NCBI GenBank assembly: GCA_017513085.1
Contig: JAFWDK010000015.1
Span: 64,001-128,000 of the forward strand
Direction of reading: 5' to 3'
Length of the DNA stretch: 64,000 nt
Source: Clostridiales bacterium
GTDB lineage: Bacteria; Bacillota; Clostridia; Saccharofermentanales; Saccharofermentanaceae
In this document: positions 58,570-64,000 of the stretch, one piece after another
Layout: every line of letters begins with the position of its first letter
Position numbering within the stretch: the first letter of the stretch is position 1
The notes under the pieces: model-generated
The model's database searches: none
What the model saw: the letters and a program-made list of their open reading frames with translations, nothing else
Told to the model about the DNA's origin: nothing
Program-made: the position numbers and the translations under genes

Positions 58570-59655
58570 TCATTCATCCAAAAGATTGTAGATCCCATCT
58601 TCGGACAGGACGCCACGCTTCAGGTTGGCAGGAAGTAATCCCGCTTCGTCCAGTGCGAAGTCCTTCTTCCAATCAACACCGGTGTAGTACTTTTCCAGTT
58701 TTTTCAGATCCTCGGGCGCACCCTTCCCGGATGTAACTCTTTCGAAGATCTCTTCCATTTCCGTGATCCGCTGAACGGCCTTTTTCTCGTTTTCTCCGAT
58801 CCCCAGTATATTCTTCTCCATGCTTTCCAGAAGATCGTGGGAATCATCTTCGATATGCGAAAGATACGTCACGATGATCCCCTGCTTCGGCAGAACGTAA
58901 CATTTCTGCTTCCACTTGCCGTTAATGCTGAAGCCTCCTCTATACTTCCAGATAAAGAAACCGTACCCGCCTTCTCTATTCATCTGCTGCACGGAAGTGG
59001 CCATATCCACATATTCTTCGGAAAGGATACGGACGCCGTTATACACGCCCCCGTTATAAAGAAGCAGCCCGAACTTACTTAAGTCATGAACGGAAAGACG
59101 CATCATAGAAGCGCCGTAGAAATATCCCTCCGGCGATCTTCCGTACTCGAAGGATGTGATCTCCAGCGGCGCGAAGATCCTTTCTTCGATAAAAGCACCC
59201 AGATCGCTGCCGAGCACCTCTGTCAGCGCCACACCGATCAGGTATGACGAGATATTACTATAGTTGAATCCAGTTTCTTCCGGATCTTCGATCTCGCATG
59301 CCAGCGAAAAGTCCAGCCAGTTTTCCCCTTCCGCGCGGAACGGAAGATCGGAAACGGACATCGTCAGAAGACGGCGGAGACTAATCTTTTCCCAGCGGGC
59401 TTTCTGCTCTTTTGAAAGAGACAAGTGCTTTTCACTCGGAAGATATTCCAGGATCGATCGGTCTAGATCGATGCGTCCCTCATCGTAGAGGATCCCGACA
59501 GCGACGGACAGCACCGTCTTCGTCGCCGAGTAGATCTCGTGAATGCCCGATGTGTCCCCGAAGCTATGCGTTAACTCGCCATTCTCATACACTTCCGCAC
59601 CGAATACATTCCAATTATTGTCCTGAATATCCTTTACGAACTGATCGAATTTCAT
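58570..59655 (-). CDS. Serine hydrolase (beta-lactamase/PBP fold) fused to a DUF4298-like tail
   Basis: YSATK (SxxK), FNYSN; tail RITEME..YYTG.DWKKDFALDEAG..LKRGVLSEDGIYNLL. Confidence 0.8.
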   Translation of the reverse strand: MKFDQFVKDIQDNNWNVFGAEVYENGELTHSFGDTSGIHEIYSATKTVLSVAVGILYDEGRIDLDRSILEYLPSEKHLSLSKEQKARWEKISLRRLLTMSVSDLPFRAEGENWLDFSLACEIEDPEETGFNYSNISSYLIGVALTEVLGSDLGAFIEERIFAPLEITSFEYGRSPEGYFYGASMMRLSVHDLSKFGLLLYNGGVYNGVRILSEEYVDMATSVQQMNREGGYGFFIWKYRGGFSINGKWKQKCYVLPKQGIIVTYLSHIEDDSHDLLESMEKNILGIGENEKKAVQRITEMEEIFERVTSGKGAPEDLKKLEKYYTGVDWKKDFALDEAGLLPANLKRGVLSEDGIYNLLDE

Positions 59656-59703
59656 CTTCTTTTCCACTCCTCGAAAAGCACTTTTTCCTGCAACTATTCT
59701 ACA

Positions 59704-60468
59704 CTATGAAAGGCAGTTTTTCCTCATCCATTCCGCCACGCCATCTTCGTCATTGGAAGCAGTGATCTCATCCGCGACGGCCAGAACTTCCGGGATCGCA
59801 TTCGCGACTGCAACGCCTTTCCCGCACATCGTCAGCATATCGATATCGTTCTTATCATCTCCGAAAGCCACGATATCCGAAATCGCGATCCCGCTTCTTT
59901 CGGACAGTGCTTCGATCGCCTGGATCTTTCCTGAGCCTTCCGGCAGAAATGCATACATGTTTTCTCCGCGATAACACTGTAGTTTACATCCGATTTCATC
60001 CGCGATCTCCTGCGCCATCTGTTCGCCGGCCAGCACGGCGGCGATCTTATTCGCCCCTACTTCCAGGTCCCGCGAATAATCGTTATAGACCGCTTTATGA
60101 AGTCTTTCCGACTCCGCGATATGCAGGCTGTTCCAGAAGACTGTTTTCCCATGGGCGACGGAGATTTCCGTTCCCGGCATCCGTGCCTTCACACTTCGCA
60201 CGATCCGGTTCGTATCCTCGATCGAGAAGGCCTTCGAATAGATACACCCTTCCTCCGCATGGATCAGCGTACCATCCGTGGTGATCTCATAATCCGGTTT
60301 CAGAAGGCGGATATACCGCTCCGCGCCGATCCAGTATCTCGCCGTCGCAATCGCCAGCCGGATCCCCTTCCTCCGGCACGCAGCAATCACATCCAGAGAC
60401 GCCTCGGATATACTCCCATCCTGCCTCAGAAGTGTATGATCCAGATCTGTTAAAATCATTCTCACCAT
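59704..60468 (-). CDS. Cof-type HAD hydrolase
   Basis: DLDHT, ATAR, FGDDKND, EDGVA. Confidence 0.9.
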   Translation of the reverse strand: MVRMILTDLDHTLLRQDGSISEASLDVIAACRRKGIRLAIATARYWIGAERYIRLLKPDYEITTDGTLIHAEEGCIYSKAFSIEDTNRIVRSVKARMPGTEISVAHGKTVFWNSLHIAESERLHKAVYNDYSRDLEVGANKIAAVLAGEQMAQEIADEIGCKLQCYRGENMYAFLPEGSGKIQAIEALSERSGIAISDIVAFGDDKNDIDMLTMCGKGVAVANAIPEVLAVADEITASNDEDGVAEWMRKNCLS

Positions 60469-60510
60469 GTTTATGCTCCTACCAATACAATTTTAGGGAA
60501 CTTTTCTTGC

Positions 60511-61245
60511 TTATTCTTTCTCAGAAGTTCCCCAAAACACTTCTCCCACTTTTCTATATTCCGCGAAGAAGAACAGCGGTATTTCTTCGTTCTTCCCCGG
60601 ATCTTCATAGGACTTCGGCTCGTCGGCATGCACCAGCACCAGTCCCGCTTCTGCGGCGCCATTCAGGTAATCAGACATCGGCCGGTGATAGTGTTTCGTT
60701 TCGCCCCAGAACCGGTTCTCACAGATGGAGGGCGTAATGTAGGATGTCACCATCTTTCCGGCCCGTCCGGTCTCCTCGTCCACCTTCCATTCGCCGGTAT
60801 AGAAAGCCGGATGCACGATCGAATAATAGAAGATCCCGCCTGTTTTCAGCACCCGCCTGCATTCGGCGAAAACAGGCCCCACGGGATCGATATCCATCAG
60901 CACCTGGTTGCAGAACACGATGTCGAATGCCCCATCTTCGAAAGGGAGTTTTCCGGTTATATCTGCTATGGCAAAAGCACTGTCCGGGTATTTTTCTTTC
61001 GCTATTTCGATCATCGCGGGCGCTCCGTCCACGCCGATCACGTCTCCGCCGATCGACCGGAAATAGTCCGTGTAATAGCCATATCCGCATCCGAGATCGA
61101 GAACTTTCTCTCCGGAAAGTTTCGGGAACCTTGCCTTCACGATAGCTTTGTTCATTTCGGAAAACGCCGACTGCTCCTGCTCGTTGGCAAAAGCACCTGC
61201 CGCCTCATTCCATTGTTCGATACCTGTCTTGCTCATAAGACTCAT
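60511..61245 (-). CDS. Class I SAM-dependent methyltransferase
   Basis: VLDLGCGYG, RVLKTGG, VHP. Confidence 0.9.
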   Translation of the reverse strand: MSLMSKTGIEQWNEAAGAFANEQEQSAFSEMNKAIVKARFPKLSGEKVLDLGCGYGYYTDYFRSIGGDVIGVDGAPAMIEIAKEKYPDSAFAIADITGKLPFEDGAFDIVFCNQVLMDIDPVGPVFAECRRVLKTGGIFYYSIVHPAFYTGEWKVDEETGRAGKMVTSYITPSICENRFWGETKHYHRPMSDYLNGAAEAGLVLVHADEPKSYEDPGKNEEIPLFFFAEYRKVGEVFWGTSEKE

Positions 61246-61865
61246 CCTTCGGTTTTCCATGAAACATAAGACATATCGTTGATATGCCGTACGCGGTGCT
61301 TCCCGTCATCTCCGACGATCATGTGAGAGACGCCTCCGGCCGGCCCGTGGATATCGACGTCATAATAGGCTTCCACCGGAAGGCCCAGATACATGAGATT
61401 CCAAAGACTCAGAAGATCACCGTGGGACACGATGATGATCGTCTCCTCATCACTTTCCATCACTTCTTCGTAGAAAGGAAGAAGGCGGTTCCAGCAAGCC
61501 CTGCGGCTCTCGCCGTCAGAGAACAGACAGTCATCGACGGTGTTCTCCGGTGTCTCAATATTTTCACGGAGCCACTGCACGGATTTCCCGCAGCACTTCC
61601 CCAGGTTTCTCTCGCGAAGTTCTTTTCGAAGGATCGCTTCCACGCCAAGGGATTTCGAGATCTCTTCCGCCGTCTGTGCCGCACGCTTGAGGTCCGAAGA
61701 ATACATCACGAATTTCTTTCCCTGAAGTTCTTCCTTCAGCTTCTTTCCGATATTCTCCGCCTGCTTGCGCCCGAGCTCCGTCAGATCCCAATCCGTCCAG
61801 GAACCGACCATCCCGTTCGTGTGATGGACCGACTGCGTATGCTGTACCGTAATGATATGTTTCAT
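61242..61865 (-). CDS. Histidine phosphatase (phosphoglycerate mutase family)
   Basis: QHTQS, LTELG, SSDLKRA, LRERNLG, VSHG. Confidence 0.88.
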   Translation of the reverse strand: MKHIITVQHTQSVHHTNGMVGSWTDWDLTELGRKQAENIGKKLKEELQGKKFVMYSSDLKRAAQTAEEISKSLGVEAILRKELRERNLGKCCGKSVQWLRENIETPENTVDDCLFSDGESRRACWNRLLPFYEEVMESDEETIIIVSHGDLLSLWNLMYLGLPVEAYYDVDIHGPAGGVSHMIVGDDGKHRVRHINDMSYVSWKTEG

Positions 61866-62026
61866 GGTCTACTCCTCCGCTTCGAACCGCTCCATGTTCC
61901 GTCACTCAGAAATGATCCTGGCCGTAGCATTTTACTTCACTTCTGATTATACAGAAAAGATCCGCTGCTTCACAGAAATTACACTACCGGTACAATAGTT
62001 TTCATTTCGGAATTTTAGAAGTAACC

Positions 62027-62542
62027 TTATTCTCCCTTGCCCTCATTTTTCTCATAACACCGATGCATGAGATAGTGGGCGAATCTGAGGTTTGCCATCA
62101 TCAGAAAGATGCTTGAAGAAATGATCATGACCGTCAGAAGATCAAATGCGATATACTCTGCACTTCGGATGAGGATGCAAAGACTCACCGGCAGAAGGAT
62201 CACGCTGGTGATGAGTGAAGGAATATATTTCCTGATGTACATACTCTGTCCGATATGGATCACAAAATGCGCGGTAAGAGAAAGCAAAAGCCCGAACCAT
62301 ATCGTTTCCAGAACATACCCGGAAAAATAATACGCCAGAAGACTGATGCCGAAAAACGGTATGAATTCCTCATATACGGCGAGGGCCATGCCTTCCGTCG
62401 TGAACTTCCGATAAGCCTTCGTGACTTTGGGAAACCGTTCGAACAGCTGTGGATTATTCCGAAAAAAACGTCCAAAGCCGATGATCTCTTCCATATCATG
62501 GACGATAAACATGATCGGAAGAAGCAATATATATTCTCTCAT
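62027..62542 (-). CDS. HXXEE-domain membrane protein
   Basis: HDMEE, YIPSLITS. Confidence 0.82.
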   Translation of the reverse strand: MREYILLLPIMFIVHDMEEIIGFGRFFRNNPQLFERFPKVTKAYRKFTTEGMALAVYEEFIPFFGISLLAYYFSGYVLETIWFGLLLSLTAHFVIHIGQSMYIRKYIPSLITSVILLPVSLCILIRSAEYIAFDLLTVMIISSSIFLMMANLRFAHYLMHRCYEKNEGKGE

Positions 62543-63207
62543 ACGATTCCCCTCTCTCTCCATTTACGGACCACACCCGCATAGGCATCACCTTTTTTCC
62601 TTACAAAGGGGCGGATTCCGAGGCAGAAAATAATCCTATGGCAGAAGCACTGGACCAAATGTTTTTTCTTTCCTTTGATCTCCCATATCAGTCTTTCCGA
62701 TGCTCTAAAAGTTTTCCTCGTGATCGCTTTTTCCATACCGGAAATACCGTTAAACGGGATCTTCAGTAAGATGTGATCACTTATTTTTCCACCGGAATAT
62801 AGGACCAGATTATCCAGTACTTTTCGCGCAGATCTGTTTCCATAATTTTCTCCTGTCGCCACAGTGATACATGGTTTTCCATATAGCAGCTGTTCGATGA
62901 CGAAATGTCCCCGATCGATGAAGTCTTTCATGAGCCCGGATACATTACTCGCATATGTAGGTGAACCCAATACGATCCCATCTGCTTCACTGATTTTCTG
63001 AGAAAGGATCTCCGCATCATCGGAAAGACAGCAGGCACCGGTTCGATAGCAGGAACAGCATCCTGTGCAGTGAGACATTTCAATGTTTCCGAGATCATAG
63101 AAATCCACTTCCACATCACGTTCTTTCAACTCCTTTTCGATCCTGTGAAGGACCGTCGAAGTGGCCCCTTTACTTCTGGGACTTCCGTTAAAAATCAGTA
63201 CTTTCAT
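62539..63207 (-). CDS. Flavodoxin-like/iron-sulfur flavoprotein (NADPH-dependent FMN reductase family)
   Basis: NGSPR..G.T, CTGCCSC..C, GSPTY, KDFIDR. Confidence 0.88.
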   Translation of the reverse strand: MKVLIFNGSPRSKGATSTVLHRIEKELKERDVEVDFYDLGNIEMSHCTGCCSCYRTGACCLSDDAEILSQKISEADGIVLGSPTYASNVSGLMKDFIDRGHFVIEQLLYGKPCITVATGENYGNRSARKVLDNLVLYSGGKISDHILLKIPFNGISGMEKAITRKTFRASERLIWEIKGKKKHLVQCFCHRIIFCLGIRPFVRKKGDAYAGVVRKWRERGIV

Positions 63208-63336
63208 CTTAAAACTCCAAACTACACACTTGTGTATCTTTGAAAAAGAGGATACGATGGAAAAGAAAGTTCGTAAACAGATTTCCAGTAAGATACACAA
63301 TCTCGTGTTTATGTGTACTTTTTGAAGGGGAAAAAC

Positions 63337-63882
63337 ATGAAAGAAAGCAGCAATCCATCCTCCATCCGATCCAAGCAGGAGATCACATCCGCGCTATTAA
63401 ATCTGATGCGCAAATACCCGTATTCGGAAATCACCGTCAAGCAGATCGTTTTAGAAACAGATCTCGCAAGGAAAACATTCTATCTGAACTACAGTTCGAA
63501 AGACGACGTCCTGGACGCCCTAATGAACCAGATCATAGGAGAATACGTGCAGGCTCTTTCTTCATCCGATGATGAACCAATCGCCATCATTTTCAACTTC
63601 TGTAAAAAGAAAAAAGACCTTTTGAAACTTCTTCACAAGAATAATATGCTGTACCTTCTTCTTCTGAAACTGAACGAGGTCCTTCCTGAACACAGTAGAA
63701 AGTCAGACATGAGCCGGAATCCTTTTGCCAAGCTTATGACCGGATTAGATTCCGACTACCTGATCGCATTTAATATCGGCGCCATCTGGAATGTGATATT
63801 CAAATGGGTCGACCATGGCATGAAAGACTCACTGGAAGATATCCGGAACACCATCGACGCGTACCTGAAGCGGTTAGCCTGA
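63337..63882 (+). CDS. TetR/AcrR-family regulator
   Basis: ITVKQIV..DLARKTFYLNYSSKDD; divergent from the flavoprotein operon. Confidence 0.9.
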   Translation: MKESSNPSSIRSKQEITSALLNLMRKYPYSEITVKQIVLETDLARKTFYLNYSSKDDVLDALMNQIIGEYVQALSSSDDEPIAIIFNFCKKKKDLLKLLHKNNMLYLLLLKLNEVLPEHSRKSDMSRNPFAKLMTGLDSDYLIAFNIGAIWNVIFKWVDHGMKDSLEDIRNTIDAYLKRLA

Positions 63883-63910
63883 ATAGTCAGCTTTTTTATC
63901 TATACGGCTG

Positions 63911-63960
63911 TTGCAACCTTGATTCTTCTGTGCTATCCTCTACTTAACGATCGTTAAGTA
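63911..63960 (+). promoter_or_regulatory. Promoter plus perfect 20-bp operator for a gene starting at 63977
   Basis: TTGCAA-17-TATCCT; TACTTAACGA-TCGTTAAGTA at 63941-63960. Confidence 0.75.
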
Positions 63961-64000
63961 AGTGAGTGATGCATATATGAACAACAAAGATAATCTTATC

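Noticed and set aside
58570-59655. Bona fide beta-lactamase
   Set aside because: SxxK and YxN are present but there is no signal peptide; more likely a cytoplasmic esterase or amidase of that fold
24248-63207. Classical integron with attC sites
   Set aside because: No recurring RYYYAAC...GTTRRRY hairpins between genes and no IntI in the window

Overview
Chromosomal accessory region of a low-to-mid GC Bacillota (Clostridia-type, probably a gut/rumen fibre degrader, judged from its GH42, GH27, GH43-CBM6 and feruloyl-esterase-like genes and from sigma-A promoters with GGAGG ribosome sites). It holds about 65 mostly short genes, the large majority stacked head-to-tail on the minus strand. They include 12 GNAT genes (13 domains), HAD phosphatases, SAM methyltransferases, kinases/phosphotransferases, hydrolases, three MerR regulators and an AbiEi/AbiEii type IV toxin-antitoxin pair. 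Notable items: (1) a non-coding 63-bp-period palindrome array with a G-quadruplex-like tract, bracketed by 73-bp direct repeats (16.1-16.7 kb); (2) an XRE-HTH::PurM fusion with a divergent PurM motif; (3) at least seven two-domain fusions and several gene-end scars, suggesting a cassette-like array with no visible attC or integrase; (4) a complete IS200/IS605 element (tnpA+tnpB, 48954-50678) inserted after TTAT in a flavodoxin gene, whose excision restores the frame exactly; (5) an orphan DUF2931-like membrane protein. No rRNA, tRNA or true CRISPR array was seen. All family calls come from motif recognition, not database searches.
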